Shown here: piece by piece, positions 28,909 through 40,249 of the stretch | Position numbering within the stretch: the stretch's first letter is position 1 | How the letters are laid out: the number at the start of each line of letters is the position of its first letter | Origin: Candidatus Marinacidobacterales bacterium | GTDB taxonomy: Bacteria > Acidobacteriota > Vicinamibacteria > Marinacidobacterales > DATDRI01 | Reading direction: 5' to 3' | DNA: 64,000 bases | Assembly: GCA_965226495.1 (NCBI GenBank) | Contig: OZ245365.1 | Coordinates: 5,632,001 to 5,696,000 of the forward strand | Translations under genes and position numbers: made by a program | Notes under the pieces: model-generated | Seen by the model: the letters and a program-made list of their open reading frames with translations, nothing else | What the model was told of the DNA's origin: nothing | Database searches by the model: none

Positions 28909-31431
28909 ATGGAAGCCATGAACAACGTCTTGTTCCGGCACTGTACGGAACGGGTGATCGAGGCGATCAACATCGGCTCGATGGAGCTGGTCAATATCAA
29001 GCAGGCCGAGCTCTCTCCCGAGTTCGTTCTCATAGGACTCCTGGAACAGGACGACTCGGAAGTGCTGCTTCTGTTCAAAGATCTCGGACGCGATGCCGCC
29101 GAGACCAAGAAATCTATCCTCGATCTCGCGTACGCCGCGCAGCGGCACAAGGCCAAGCTTCACCGCGATGGACCGGTGCAGATCCTGGTGTCCTCCCAGA
29201 CCGCGGAGCTCCTGCGCATGGCCAAAGAAGAGGCCGACAACCTCGGCGATCGATTCATCGGTGCCGGCGCGATGTTTCTAGCTCTTCATCGTGAGCCCGC
29301 CGGCCTCTCGGCTCGGATCCTCCGCGAAATGGGGTTTCGCGCCGACCGCACCAAGGAAGCGGTGCAGCGCATGCGGGGAGGCCGCACCGTCGACGACCGC
29401 CGCGCCGCCGACAGCAAGTTGGAGACCCTGGAGAAATACACTTCCGATCTCACGGAGCTGGCCCGCAAGGGCGAGCTCGATCCGGTCGTGGGCCGCGAAC
29501 AAGAGATCCGGCGGGTGATTCAGATTCTCTCCCGCCGAAAGAAGAACAATCCCGCGCTCATCGGAGAGCCAGGGGTTGGAAAGACGGTCATTGTGGAAGG
29601 ACTGGCGCAGCGGATCGTAGACGCCGAGGTGCCGGAGACACTTCTCAACAAGCGCGTCCTCATGTTGGAGATGAGTGAAGTCGTCGCCGGTTCCAAGTTC
29701 CGCGGCGAGTTCGAGGAGCGCCTCAAGACCATCAAGGACGAAGTGCTGGGCGCCGGCGGACAGATCATCCTGTTCATCGATGAGCTCCATACCGTCGTGG
29801 GCGCGGGGAACGTCGAGGGAGGCCTGGACGCTTCGAACATGCTGAAGAGCGCCTTGGCGCGAGGCCAACTCCGCTGCATCGGCGCGACCACTCTCGAGGA
29901 TTACAAGAAACATATCGAGAAAGACAAGGCCCTCGAGCGACGATTCCAGAGCGTTCTCATCACCGAACCCAACGTCGAGGAAACACATCTGATCTTGAAG
30001 GGATTGCAGAGGCGCTACGAGCTGCACCACGATGTGAAGTTCACCGATGAGTCCTTGATGTCCGCCGCCAAGCTCTCCGAGCGGTACATCACCGACCGGT
30101 TCCTGCCGGACAAAGCGCTCGACCTCATGGACGAGGCCGGTTCACGAAAGCATTTGGAGCTCGTCTATGCGCCGCCGGAGATCCGCGCCCTCAAGCGTGA
30201 TCGCGAAAAACTCGCCGCCGATCAGCGCGATGCATACAACCAGCGAGACTACGAGCGTGCAGCCTTGGCGCGACATAGCATCATCCGTGTCGACAAAGAG
30301 CTGCAAGACAAAGTTTCCGCGTGGCGCGATGCACGAAGCCCCCAGGATTCCACCGTCACGAGTGAGGACATCGCGGGGGTGGTTGCCGGCTGGACCGGGA
30401 TTCCGCTCACGCGCATGTTGGAGTCGGAGGCGGAGAAACTCACCCGGATGGAAGACAACATCCACCGGCGCATCATTGGGCAAGAAAACGCCGTGGAGGC
30501 GGTCTCGAACGCCATTCGAAGAAATCGTGCCGGTCTCAAGGGCACGTCCCGTCCCATCGGATCGTTTATCTTCCTGGGGCCCACCGGCGTCGGCAAGACG
30601 GAGCTCGGAAAGGCACTCGCCCAGTTCTTGCTCGACGACGAAGAACGGCTCATTCGCATGGACATGAGCGAGTACATGGAGCGGCATTCGGTCTCCAAGC
30701 TCATCGGTTCACCCCCCGGGTACGTCGGTTATGGTGAGGGAGGGCAGCTGACCGAGAGAGTACGCCGCAACCCATACACCGTCTTGTTACTCGACGAGAT
30801 CGAGAAGGCCCACCCGGACGTTTTCAACCTTCTCCTCCAGATACTGGACGACGGGCGACTGACAGACGCGCAGGGTCGGACCGTTAGCTTCGTCAACACC
30901 ATCATCATCGGAACCTCTAATATAGGCAGCGAGGACATCACGCGCGAGTACACGAGCATCGGTTTCTCGAGCCCGGTACCCACCGTTAAGTACGAGGAAA
31001 TCAAGAGACGGGTGATGCGCGAAGTCAAAAAGATCTTCAAACCGGAGCTGCTGAACCGCATCGATGACCTCATCGTTTTTCACCAGCTCGATGAGCAGCA
31101 CATCCGCCAAATCGTGGAACTGGTCATGGTCGACTTGGAGAACCGTCTCGCCGATCAAGGCCTCCTCATACAAGTTGCCCCAGCCGTGAAGGAGAAGCTG
31201 GCCGCCGACGGTTTCGACCCTCTCTTCGGCGCGCGTCCTTTGAAACGCGAGGTGGAGACACAGGTGGAAAACATCCTGGCACAGAAGCTCATAGCCGGCG
31301 AGTTCTTCAAGGGCGATACGATTCGGGTCAACCTGGTAGACGGAAAGATCGTTTTTCAGCGAGGCGCGACCGAGCTGGCCCCCCAATCGGTGAACGCCGT
31401 CCCGGGCCCCGGCCAGGCGCAGCCCGACTAA
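28909..31431 (+). CDS. clpC: ClpC-type AAA+ unfoldase
   Basis: Two Clp-N repeats, Walker A GEPGVGKT and GPTGVGKT, short UVR-like middle coil (DYERAA), IGF loop (SIGF). Confidence 0.88.
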   Translation: MEAMNNVLFRHCTERVIEAINIGSMELVNIKQAELSPEFVLIGLLEQDDSEVLLLFKDLGRDAAETKKSILDLAYAAQRHKAKLHRDGPVQILVSSQTAELLRMAKEEADNLGDRFIGAGAMFLALHREPAGLSARILREMGFRADRTKEAVQRMRGGRTVDDRRAADSKLETLEKYTSDLTELARKGELDPVVGREQEIRRVIQILSRRKKNNPALIGEPGVGKTVIVEGLAQRIVDAEVPETLLNKRVLMLEMSEVVAGSKFRGEFEERLKTIKDEVLGAGGQIILFIDELHTVVGAGNVEGGLDASNMLKSALARGQLRCIGATTLEDYKKHIEKDKALERRFQSVLITEPNVEETHLILKGLQRRYELHHDVKFTDESLMSAAKLSERYITDRFLPDKALDLMDEAGSRKHLELVYAPPEIRALKRDREKLAADQRDAYNQRDYERAALARHSIIRVDKELQDKVSAWRDARSPQDSTVTSEDIAGVVAGWTGIPLTRMLESEAEKLTRMEDNIHRRIIGQENAVEAVSNAIRRNRAGLKGTSRPIGSFIFLGPTGVGKTELGKALAQFLLDDEERLIRMDMSEYMERHSVSKLIGSPPGYVGYGEGGQLTERVRRNPYTVLLLDEIEKAHPDVFNLLLQILDDGRLTDAQGRTVSFVNTIIIGTSNIGSEDITREYTSIGFSSPVPTVKYEEIKRRVMREVKKIFKPELLNRIDDLIVFHQLDEQHIRQIVELVMVDLENRLADQGLLIQVAPAVKEKLAADGFDPLFGARPLKREVETQVENILAQKLIAGEFFKGDTIRVNLVDGKIVFQRGATELAPQSVNAVPGPGQAQPD

Positions 31432-31465
31432 CCCGAGGGTCCAGGCGCCCTCCCTGATCTTCTAG

Positions 31466-33055
31466 ATGTCCTTTTCGATGTCCCGCTCGATGTGGTCCGG
31501 ATCAAAAGCCCTTCTCCCCATCACGTTTCTCCCACTGGTAGCGCTCATCGCTGGCTCCTGCCATTCCCCTCCCGCAGCCGTGGCGCCCCGTCGTCCAAAT
31601 CTATTACTCATCAGCATCGAGACATTCCGCGCCGACCGACTGCGTGCCAACGGATATCGCCGGAGAACGACTCCCAATTTGGATCGCCTTGCGGGAGAGG
31701 GCGCAAATTTTCGGCAGGCCATCGCCCAAGCCCCCTTCACGCTTCCGTCGCTCGCCACGGTGATGACCGGGCTTACTCCTCCGCTGCACGGGGTTCGCAA
31801 CCACCCGGCCACCTTGCCCCCCGAGCTTACGACCCTCGCAGAGCGATTGGAGGAATCCGGTTACAAAACCGCGGCGATGACCCGACACAGTTGGCTGCGA
31901 AGAAAATCGGGTTTCGACCAAGGCTTTGCGGAGTATCACAACAACAAATTCTCGGCGGGCCTCGACGCGAGGAGCTTGTCACTCGCGGCGGAGGACTGGC
32001 TCCGTGCCCAAGGGGGCGAACCATTCTTTCTTTGGCTTCATTTCATCGATCCCCACTTGCCGTATACGCCGGGATATCCGTACTCGACGCTGTGGAATGG
32101 CAAGCACCGCGACGACTCTCAGGTCAAGCACATGCGCTCGATGCTGCAGCGAAAGGTCGAGGAGTTTCTTCCGACTCCTTATGCCGATCTCTCTGGTGGC
32201 CCCTACCTCGACCTGGTACTGCGTTACTACCCGGATAACGAAGCGCTGTTGGATCTGGCCTTGCGGCGCCGCCCCCGCGGCGAGATCTTCTTTGGCAAGG
32301 CTCAGTACTCGGAGCAATCGCTGCAAGAGGTTCGTAACCTCTACGACGGCACCGTCCTCTATACCGACGACAATCTCGCACGCGTACTTGCTGCGCTCGA
32401 CGATTTGGGGATTACCGACAACACTCTGGTTGCAGTCGTTGGAGACCACGGCGAATCGCTCGGCGAGCACAATCTCTTCTTCACACATGACTTCTCTCTA
32501 TACGACGAAGTGCTTCGCGTCCCGCTGATCCTTCGCATGCCAGGACGGATTCCTCCTGGAACGGTGGTCGATCAACAGGTTCGTCTAGCCGATCTGACAC
32601 CCACGTTTCTCGATTTATTGGGGGTCGACGCCCTGGAGAAAGCCGAAGGAACCAGCCTAGCTCGCCTGACCACGGGAGACTCGCTCCCGTTCCTGCCGGC
32701 TTTCGCGGAAAGCGCTCCTTATCGCAGGCTCTTTCCCGAGCAGCGTCGGATCTACTACGAGGGTAACCTCGGAAAATGGAGAATGGTTCGCACGGAAAAG
32801 TGGAAGCTCATTCTCATCCCCAATCCCAAGGGGGACCTCTATGAGCTCTACGATCTGGAATCGGACCCCGGCGAAACGACAAATCTATATGAAGAGCTAC
32901 CGGGAGAAGTGGGAAGGCTGTTGCCGTTGCTGAAAGAATGGTTGGCCAGCGATCCCGATCGAAACTCCGATCGCAGTGCGGAAGAAGAGCGGGCGCTCGA
33001 GGCGCTCGATCCTGCGGCCCGGCAACAACTGGAGACTCTGGGTTACATCAACTAG
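31466..33055 (+). CDS. Sulfatase-like alkaline-phosphatase-superfamily lipoprotein (Thr at the nucleophile position)
   Basis: PNLLLISIETFRADRL, APFTLPS, HFIDPHLPY, GDHGE, LETLGYI; possible lipobox AGSC. Confidence 0.85.
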   Translation: MSFSMSRSMWSGSKALLPITFLPLVALIAGSCHSPPAAVAPRRPNLLLISIETFRADRLRANGYRRRTTPNLDRLAGEGANFRQAIAQAPFTLPSLATVMTGLTPPLHGVRNHPATLPPELTTLAERLEESGYKTAAMTRHSWLRRKSGFDQGFAEYHNNKFSAGLDARSLSLAAEDWLRAQGGEPFFLWLHFIDPHLPYTPGYPYSTLWNGKHRDDSQVKHMRSMLQRKVEEFLPTPYADLSGGPYLDLVLRYYPDNEALLDLALRRRPRGEIFFGKAQYSEQSLQEVRNLYDGTVLYTDDNLARVLAALDDLGITDNTLVAVVGDHGESLGEHNLFFTHDFSLYDEVLRVPLILRMPGRIPPGTVVDQQVRLADLTPTFLDLLGVDALEKAEGTSLARLTTGDSLPFLPAFAESAPYRRLFPEQRRIYYEGNLGKWRMVRTEKWKLILIPNPKGDLYELYDLESDPGETTNLYEELPGEVGRLLPLLKEWLASDPDRNSDRSAEEERALEALDPAARQQLETLGYIN

Positions 33056-33070
33056 GTAGAGCCTTCACGT

Positions 33071-34018
33071 CTAGGGATGCCCCAAAGGGGATTGGTACGA
33101 GTGATTCATTGCTTCCTGCAAGAACTTGTTGAAAGTGGCCATATCGACCTGGAGGCGCGTGCAGTCCTCCTCATTCCAATCATCAAAGCCTGAAGGGCCT
33201 ATATAGTACTTCAACCGTATGTCCTTACCCTCTAGAACCTCGAGCTGGTACCGAACTTCGTCGATAGCCTTCCATCGTTTCCCGTCGGGCACGGTTTGGA
33301 AGTTATGGACAAACAGGTAATGGGATTCGAATTCACTCTTTATCTTGGAATGCTTTTTTCGCCCCAGTTTACCCAGCACTTTGATCGCTTCCGCTTTGTC
33401 TTCTTGATCCGACAATTTCACAAACACGACCTTGTCCATGTCAAAACCTTGCTTTTCAAGGAGTTCCCTAAACTCCTCCAAGCCCATCTGGCCATTGCAA
33501 AACGCGAGGAATGCCTCGATTTGAATATCTAGCCCGTAGTAATCGATGGCCCAATCCGCGAATTCCTCCTTGCTATAGAGCAGAAACTGGCTAAGAAAGG
33601 CTATTCCACCGTCATCGTCCGGCGGGTATTGAACGGGCCCAATCTCCCATTTGCTCCCGGGCGGGGTATGCCAAATGCAGAAAGTAACTTCGTCCTCCTC
33701 TTCGCCGGAACCCCCTAGTAAAGACAGCAAATCGCTCGGAAGACTTTCGTAGATTCCAGGCCAGATCTTGCCATCGTTCTGAGCATGCGGACTCACTTCG
33801 GATTCGTGATCGAACCCTTTGATTAGAGACGCTTTGTCGGACGACACAAACACCAGGTGATCTCCGCCAGGTGCCTCAATCCTGTAATGGCCGTCGGCGA
33901 CTTTCCTGTAAACCGTGTCATCTGAGAGCACTTTCTCGATCTCGCAGAAAAGCTCTAGTCGTTCCGCCAAAATGTTAGGGGTTGGGATTTCTGGCAAGCG
34001 ATTCACTTGTTTGTCCAC
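33071..34018 (-). CDS. Acidic hypothetical protein, visibly lower GC than its neighbours
   Basis: 315-aa ORF with KGFDHESEVSP, WPGI, TFCIW, DDDGG motifs. Confidence 0.75.
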   Translation of the reverse strand: MDKQVNRLPEIPTPNILAERLELFCEIEKVLSDDTVYRKVADGHYRIEAPGGDHLVFVSSDKASLIKGFDHESEVSPHAQNDGKIWPGIYESLPSDLLSLLGGSGEEEDEVTFCIWHTPPGSKWEIGPVQYPPDDDGGIAFLSQFLLYSKEEFADWAIDYYGLDIQIEAFLAFCNGQMGLEEFRELLEKQGFDMDKVVFVKLSDQEDKAEAIKVLGKLGRKKHSKIKSEFESHYLFVHNFQTVPDGKRWKAIDEVRYQLEVLEGKDIRLKYYIGPSGFDDWNEEDCTRLQVDMATFNKFLQEAMNHSYQSPLGHP

Positions 34019-34039
34019 TCACAAACCCGAGGCCCTGGC

Positions 34040-35136
34040 CTAGCCCTCACCGTCTCCAAAAGACGTCCCAAGGTCCCGCGCGGCGCGGATGATGTCCGAC
34101 CCCTTCGGCACGCGCTTCAATCGTCCCACCGCTTTCTTCAGAGGAACGGAAGTAATCGACGGCGGAGCCAGCGCCACCATGCGCCCCCATCCTCCATCTC
34201 GAGCGAGACGCACCGCCGCGGAACCGAAGCGCGTTCCCAACAGGCGATCGAAGTTCGTCGGCTGGCCTCCACGCTGAAGGTGCCCCAGCACGAGCGCTCG
34301 GCATTCCTGTCCCGTGAGCTCTTCGATCTGCTCGGCAACCTGCTCGCCGATGCCGCCCAACCGCCCCTCGTACCCCTTCCCCGCCTTTTCTCGGAAGAGC
34401 TTCATTCCTCCGACCGGTGTGGCGCCTTCCGCAACCACGACGATACTGAAATTTCGCCCGCGTCGATTTCGTTCGCGGATTTTTTCCACAACCACTGCCA
34501 TGTCGAATGGAATCTCCGGGATCAAAATCACATCCGCACCGCCCGCAACCCATGCGTGGAGGGCAATCCACCCCGCGTTACGGCCCATGACTTCCAATAT
34601 CATCACACGCCGGTGACTGGAAGCGGTCGTATGAAGACGATCGAGGGCTTCTGTGGCCACGCTTACCGCGGTGTCGAAGCCAAAAGTAATGACGGTTCCA
34701 GAGAGGTCGTTGTCGATCGTCTTGGGGACACCAATAACGGGCAGGCCCTTGCGGTAGAGCCCCAGAGCAATGGAGAGCGTTCCATCGCCGCCGACCACGA
34801 CGAGCCCGTGAAGCTCCAGGGTCCGAAAATTCTTGACCACCTCATCGGATCGATCTTGGTACTCGACTCCGGACCTGTCTTGACTGGGAACTTGAACGGA
34901 TGTCCTCGGTTGCTCGCACCCAGAATCGTGCCGCCGGTGTGAAGAATGCCTCGGACGTCTTTGGACTTCAGCAGTCTCGTCTTCTTCGTCTGGAGGAAAC
35001 CGCCGAAGCTTTCTTCGATCCCCAACACTTGCCAACCGATGTTGTCAGCGGTGCGGAAAACGGCGCGGATCACCGCATTCAATCCCGCGCAGTCTCCTCC
35101 GCCGGTCAAGATGCCGATTCGTTTGGTCTTTCCCAT
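34040..35136 (-). CDS. pfkA: 6-phosphofructokinase (PfkA family), 1-nt frameshift near 34875
   Basis: IGILTGGGDCAGLN, GGTILG in one frame; GGDGT, PKTIDND, EVMGR, LGHLQRGG in the other. Confidence 0.9.
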
Positions 35137-35154
35137 TTGATGGCTCGACGCGGA

Positions 35155-36300
35155 CTAGCGATAAAAAGAGACAACGGCGCGCGCGACAAGCTCGACCTGC
35201 GCCTCGCTGAGCTCCGGATAGAGCGGTAGAGAAACGATCTCCCGCGCAGCTCGCTCCGCTTCGGGGCATGCTCCCTCACCTTGGCCCAAGCCTCGATAAG
35301 CCGGTTGAAGATGCGCCGGCACCGGGTAGTGGATGAGGGTTTGAACTCCGGCTTCCGACAAGGCCTCCGCTAAGCGATCCCGGTCCGGGGCGCGAGCGAC
35401 CAAAAGGTGAGCTGACGGTACCGTGTCGGGAAGAGCATCCACCCAGTCGAGGGGTGTCTCGGCAAGCGCTTCGCGATATAGGGCCGCAATAGCCCGCCGG
35501 CGCTCGTTCCAGGCGGCAAGGTGGGGTAGCTTTGCACGCAGTACGGCGGCCTGAAGCTCATCCAATCGACTGTTGAATCCAACTTCTTCGTGAACGTAGC
35601 GGCTCGATTGTCCCCCGTTCCGCAGCCGACGGATCCGTCCCGCCAATTCCTCGTCGTCGGTGGTGACGAGACCTGCGTCTCCGAGAGCGCCCAGATTCTT
35701 GGTGGGATAAAAACTGAAGCAGCCGGCCCGCCCCCAACCTCCCACCGGCCGTCCACGGAACGTCGCCCCGTGCGCCTGGCAAGCATCTTCAACGACGGGG
35801 ATGCCGTATTTATCGGCCAATTCTAAGAGCGCAGGCATCTCGCTCGGATTCCCGTAGAGATGAACGGGTAGCAATGCCTTGGTACTCGGGTCCATTCTTT
35901 CCGAGACCGAGCGCGGCGAGAGGTTCAAGGTCGCCGAATCCACATCTGCGAAGACCGGCGTCGCGCCGGTGCGACTGATCGCCAACGCGGTAAAGGTCGC
36001 GGTCATGGGGCTAGTGATCACGTTATCCCCGGGGCCCACCCCGAGTGATAGAAGGGCCAGCGTCAACGCATCCGTCCCGGAGGCAACGCCGACCGCATGT
36101 GCGGTCTCTACCATGGACGCAAACTCATGTTCGAAGGCTTCCACTTCCGGACCTAAGACGAACCAGCCGCTCTCCATCACGCGAGTCAAAGCGTCTCGGA
36201 TCTCCGCGGCGAGCGCCGCGTGTTGGGTGGTCAGGTCGACAAAAGGGACCGGGGGGCTGGGTTGGTCCGGTTTGTCATTTGGGGAAGGCACCTTAGCCAA
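35155..36300 (-). CDS. DegT/DnrJ/EryC1 nucleotide-sugar aminotransferase
   Basis: VPFVDL, GVASGTDAL, PVHLYG, EDACQAHG, SFYPTKNLGALGD, NSRLDELQA; start approximate. Confidence 0.92.
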   Translation of the reverse strand: MAKVPSPNDKPDQPSPPVPFVDLTTQHAALAAEIRDALTRVMESGWFVLGPEVEAFEHEFASMVETAHAVGVASGTDALTLALLSLGVGPGDNVITSPMTATFTALAISRTGATPVFADVDSATLNLSPRSVSERMDPSTKALLPVHLYGNPSEMPALLELADKYGIPVVEDACQAHGATFRGRPVGGWGRAGCFSFYPTKNLGALGDAGLVTTDDEELAGRIRRLRNGGQSSRYVHEEVGFNSRLDELQAAVLRAKLPHLAAWNERRRAIAALYREALAETPLDWVDALPDTVPSAHLLVARAPDRDRLAEALSEAGVQTLIHYPVPAHLQPAYRGLGQGEGACPEAERAAREIVSLPLYPELSEAQVELVARAVVSFYR

Positions 36301-37333
36301 GGTAATGGTCGATGTGGGCGCGGTAGTATTCGACGGTTCGACGAAGTCCCTCGCGAAGGTCGATCCGCGGCTCCCAACCAAGCTTCTTCTTTATCTTGCC
36401 GAAATCGTTATAGAAGTCACCGATGTCGATGCGCTTGCGCTCCTCTGGAAACGGCACCAGCCGAAAACCCCCGCCCCCGCCCGCGACATCCAGCAATGTT
36501 TCCACGAACTCTAGGAGGCTGACCGGGGGGCTGGCACCAAGATTGTAGACCTCGCCCACGGCTTCCTCCGAGGAGGCGGCACTCAAGAAGGCTCCCACTA
36601 CATCGTCGATGTAATTGAAGTCTCGCTTCTGCGTCCCATCGCCAAAGAGCTGGATCTCTTCTCCCTGGACCGCCAGACGGATGAACCAGCTCGCGAACCC
36701 TTGCCGGTTGTGCTTGACCAACTGTCGTGGACCGTAGGTATTGGTGAGCCGCAGGGAAGTGGTCCGCAACCCATAAACCTGATGGTAGATCCGATGATAC
36801 ATCTCACCGCCCGCCTTGTTGACACCGTTGACGTCGGTCGGCTGGATAGGATGTTCCTCATCGGCCGGCAGACGCACCGGTCGACCGTAGATCTGCCGTG
36901 TGCTGGCATAGAGGATGCGGACGTCCGGGTTGCCTTTGCGGCAGGCTTCGAGGATTGAAAGCTGGCTACCGCAATTGATCTCCAAATCGGTCCCCGGATC
37001 GCGCATGCTGTCGACGTGGCTTACTTGGCCCGCTAGATTGAAGAGGTACTCCTGACGCTGGAGGAGGTACTGCATCCCGTTCACGTCTCGGACATCGGCG
37101 ATGTTGATCCGGAGCTTCGGCTCGAGCCCATGGACGTTGTACAAGTTCCCGCCGTAGTCCGGAATGAGGGAGTCGACCAAAAGAACCTCGGCGCCAAGCT
37201 CTACCAAACGCCGCGCGAGGTTGCTTCCGATGAAGCCCAACCCTCCGGTGATCAGGACGCGCTTGCCCGAAAAAGTCTCACGGTAGCGGGCGTCCGTCTC
37301 TTTTGGCACGTCTGCTGGCGTGTCAGTTGGCAT
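36293..37333 (-). CDS. NAD-dependent epimerase/dehydratase
   Basis: ITGGLGFIGSNL, FNLAGQVSH, ASTRQIYG, RLTNTYGPRQ. Confidence 0.92.
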   Translation of the reverse strand: MPTDTPADVPKETDARYRETFSGKRVLITGGLGFIGSNLARRLVELGAEVLLVDSLIPDYGGNLYNVHGLEPKLRINIADVRDVNGMQYLLQRQEYLFNLAGQVSHVDSMRDPGTDLEINCGSQLSILEACRKGNPDVRILYASTRQIYGRPVRLPADEEHPIQPTDVNGVNKAGGEMYHRIYHQVYGLRTTSLRLTNTYGPRQLVKHNRQGFASWFIRLAVQGEEIQLFGDGTQKRDFNYIDDVVGAFLSAASSEEAVGEVYNLGASPPVSLLEFVETLLDVAGGGGGFRLVPFPEERKRIDIGDFYNDFGKIKKKLGWEPRIDLREGLRRTVEYYRAHIDHYLG

Positions 37334-37375
37334 CGACGGTTGGCCGGAAGGAACCGGCGAAAGGCTTGCGATCGG

Positions 37376-38149
37376 CTAAGACGCCAACCTCTGCCTGTCT
37401 CGGGCGGATTCCCGTTCGGCAGACGGCGAGCCCGGCGCAAGGTGGATTTTCCGTATCATCAAGTCGACCCAGAGCCGAGAGAGATCATACAGGGTTCGGA
37501 TGACGCGAGAAAAGTTGAAGAACTGACTCTTTCCATAGGCACGGTGATAATGGTGAACGGGAACCTCTCGAATCGAGTACCCCGCGTCTTGCACCTTTTT
37601 CATCAATTCGACACAGATCACGCCGCTCGATTTGGTGAGCGCTACCCGGTCGAAGACGCTTTTCCGAAACAGTCGAAAATCGCAATCTACATCCCGCAGC
37701 TTGAGTCGGAAGGCGATTCGTACCGTCCAGTGGTACAGCCTTCCAATGACGATGCGGTGGAGGGGATCGGAGCGGCCGATTTTGTAACCGTTGACGAAAT
37801 CGACGCCGTCGTCCATGACTTCCACCAACGACTTCACCTCACGGGGATCGTACTGCGCGTCACCATCGGTGTAGAAAACGAGCTCCTTGGCGGCAGAGGC
37901 GAAACCGGTCCGGAGCGCACCGCCGTAACCCTGGTTCTTCTCATGTTGCACTACTCGGAGCTCGGGGATGACGCTCGCAAGTTCGGCGAGAACATCCGCG
38001 GTGTGATCCTGACTACCATCGTTGACCACCAAGATCTCGAAGTTATCGGTGAGCTCCCGTACCGCCATGCGTGCCGACACGACCATGCTCGCAATGGTAC
38101 CGGCATCGTTGTACGCCGGGAAGAAAACGGAAATGGATGGACGGGTCAT
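37376..38149 (-). CDS. GT2 polyprenyl-phosphate glycosyltransferase-like protein
   Basis: FFPAYND, VNDGSQD, NQGYGGAL, YTDGDAQY, DVDCDFRL. Confidence 0.9.
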   Translation of the reverse strand: MTRPSISVFFPAYNDAGTIASMVVSARMAVRELTDNFEILVVNDGSQDHTADVLAELASVIPELRVVQHEKNQGYGGALRTGFASAAKELVFYTDGDAQYDPREVKSLVEVMDDGVDFVNGYKIGRSDPLHRIVIGRLYHWTVRIAFRLKLRDVDCDFRLFRKSVFDRVALTKSSGVICVELMKKVQDAGYSIREVPVHHYHRAYGKSQFFNFSRVIRTLYDLSRLWVDLMIRKIHLAPGSPSAERESARDRQRLAS

Positions 38150-38346
38150 GGTGCGGAATTCCCTGTCTAGCTCTGCCTATTAAGGCTTTTGCGAGCGCTC
38201 AGTCGGGAGAAAACTATCATAGCAATCTCGGGATGTCAATGAGAGCTAAGGAGTTCCGCGTCTGCGGCGAGTCCCAATTCAGAATGGGTTGAGAGACAAT
38301 GAGCCCTGTGCTAACTTCCAACGCCGTCTCCCGAAGGTATTCTTGA

Positions 38347-39183
38347 ATGCCGGCAACTCTCTACGTCGTAGCCACTCCCATCGGAAATCTAGCCGACATC
38401 TCCGCACGCGCGCTAGAAGTGCTCGAATCGGTCAAGCTGATCGCTTGCGAGGACACTCGCACCACCCGACGACTTCTCAGCCGGCATGGGATCAGGACTC
38501 GAACCATCAGCTACCACGAGCACAATGAGCACCAACGAGCTCCGCAGCTCGTGAAACGGTTGCACTCCGGCGAGGACCTCGCACTGGTCTCGGACGCAGG
38601 AACGCCAGGAATCTCCGACCCCGGCTATCGCCTAGTGGCCGCAGCTCGTGAAAGCGGTGTTCCAGTGCGAACCGTCCCGGGGCCGAGCGCGCCCATCGCC
38701 GCTCTTTCCGTCTCCGGTCTCCCAACCTCGAGCTTTTGCTTTTGGGGCTTCTTGCCGAGCCACGGCGCAGCCCGCGCCAAAGCCATTGAATCCCTTGCGT
38801 CCGTACCACACACGACGATCCTCTTCGAGTCGGCGCGACGCGCGCCCGCTTTGCTGGAAGCGCTCTCGCAGCGACTCGGTTCTCGACCGGCGTTCCTTGC
38901 CCGCGAGATGACCAAAGTCCACGAAGAGCACCAAAACGGCACCCTGACCGAGCTCGCGGTATGGGCTCGTGAGAAATCTCTCAAGGGAGAACTGACTCTC
39001 ATTATCGGTCCCGCCGAAGCAGACGTACGTTCTGCCCTCACACCGGGCGAAATCGCGAAGCGCTATTCAGAACTAACCGCGGAAGGCATGAAACGTCGTG
39101 AGGCGGTCAAGCTCCTCGCCCGGGAGACCGGGCTTCCCACTCGCCTTCTTTATCATCAATTGCTAGGCCCTGGATCGAAATGA
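38347..39183 (+). CDS. rsmI: 16S rRNA C1402 2'-O-methyltransferase
   Basis: LYVVATPIGNLADIS, EDTR, VSDAGTPGISDPG, AREMTKVHEE. Confidence 0.95.
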   Translation: MPATLYVVATPIGNLADISARALEVLESVKLIACEDTRTTRRLLSRHGIRTRTISYHEHNEHQRAPQLVKRLHSGEDLALVSDAGTPGISDPGYRLVAAARESGVPVRTVPGPSAPIAALSVSGLPTSSFCFWGFLPSHGAARAKAIESLASVPHTTILFESARRAPALLEALSQRLGSRPAFLAREMTKVHEEHQNGTLTELAVWAREKSLKGELTLIIGPAEADVRSALTPGEIAKRYSELTAEGMKRREAVKLLARETGLPTRLLYHQLLGPGSK

Positions 39184-40244
39184 AGATCCTCGAGGGCATG
39201 GCCCGGGGCCGCTTCGAGCAGGTCGTCGCCTTGAATGACTCTTCCTGCGGCCTCTCCGGGTTTCTCGTGATCCACGACACCACGCGCGGACCAGCGGCTG
39301 GTGGGATTCGGATCTACCCTTACCGGACGGAAGAGGACGCTCTCGCCGACGGTTTTCGACTGGCGAGCGCCATGACGTTCAAAGGGGCGGCCGCCGACCT
39401 TCCGGTGGGTGGGGGAAAAATCGTACTCCGAGAAAATCCAGACATGAACCGCGAGGAAATGTTGCGCGCCGTCGGTCGCTTCATCCAAGGCCAAGGGGGG
39501 CGCTTTCTGGCGGGTAGAGACGTGGGGGTGTACCCGTCGCGCACGGAGCCTGGGTCCGTAGCGAGACCCACTTCATGGTCGATGAAAGCGAAAAAGGCGT
39601 GGGTGATCTCAACCGCTCGACTGCTATCGGTGTCGAGTCTGGCGCCCGGGCCGCATTGAATTTTCGTCTCGGAGTCGATCGCTGGGAAGGCGTACATGTA
39701 GCGATTCAAGGGGCGGGAGGCGTAGGAAGCTGGTTAGCGAAGATCCTCGCCGCAGAGGGAGCAGAGCTTTCGATATCAGACACCCGAGCGGAAGCTCTCG
39801 AAACCCTATCGTCGGAAGTTCGTTTCCACCCAGTCGCTCCCGCCGAGATCTTCGGTGTCTCGGAAGACTTGTTTTGTCCCTGTGCAGTCGGTGGTGTCAT
39901 CAACGACCAGACGCTCGAAAAGCTTCGCGCCCGTGTCGTGGCCGGCTCTGCCAATAACGTGCTCGCCGAATCGCAACACGGCGAGACGCTCCGGGCACGC
40001 AACATTCGCATACGCGCCCGACTTTTTGGTTAATTCCGGCGCTCTGATCCAGGGCATTCGGTTCTTGCTCAACGGAGAAGCGGACAGCAGCGAGGCCATT
40101 TCGCGGATCGGTGACAAAACGCGTCGACTGCTCGATGAAGCGGCCGCGAAAGGGGAGCCGCCGGAAGCTCTTTTGTTGAGACAAACCCTCGAGACGATCA
40201 ACCGTCGGAGCACATGGCGGGACTGGAGCTGGCCGCACGGCTGA
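39180..40244 (+). pseudogene. Leu/Phe/Val dehydrogenase family, two frameshifts (near 39535 and 40005)
   Basis: HDTTRGPAAGGIR, MTFK, GGGK; then QGAGGVG, PCAVGG, AGSANN; then YAPDFLVNSG, across three ORF pieces. Confidence 0.8.
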
Positions 40245-40249
40245 GATCC

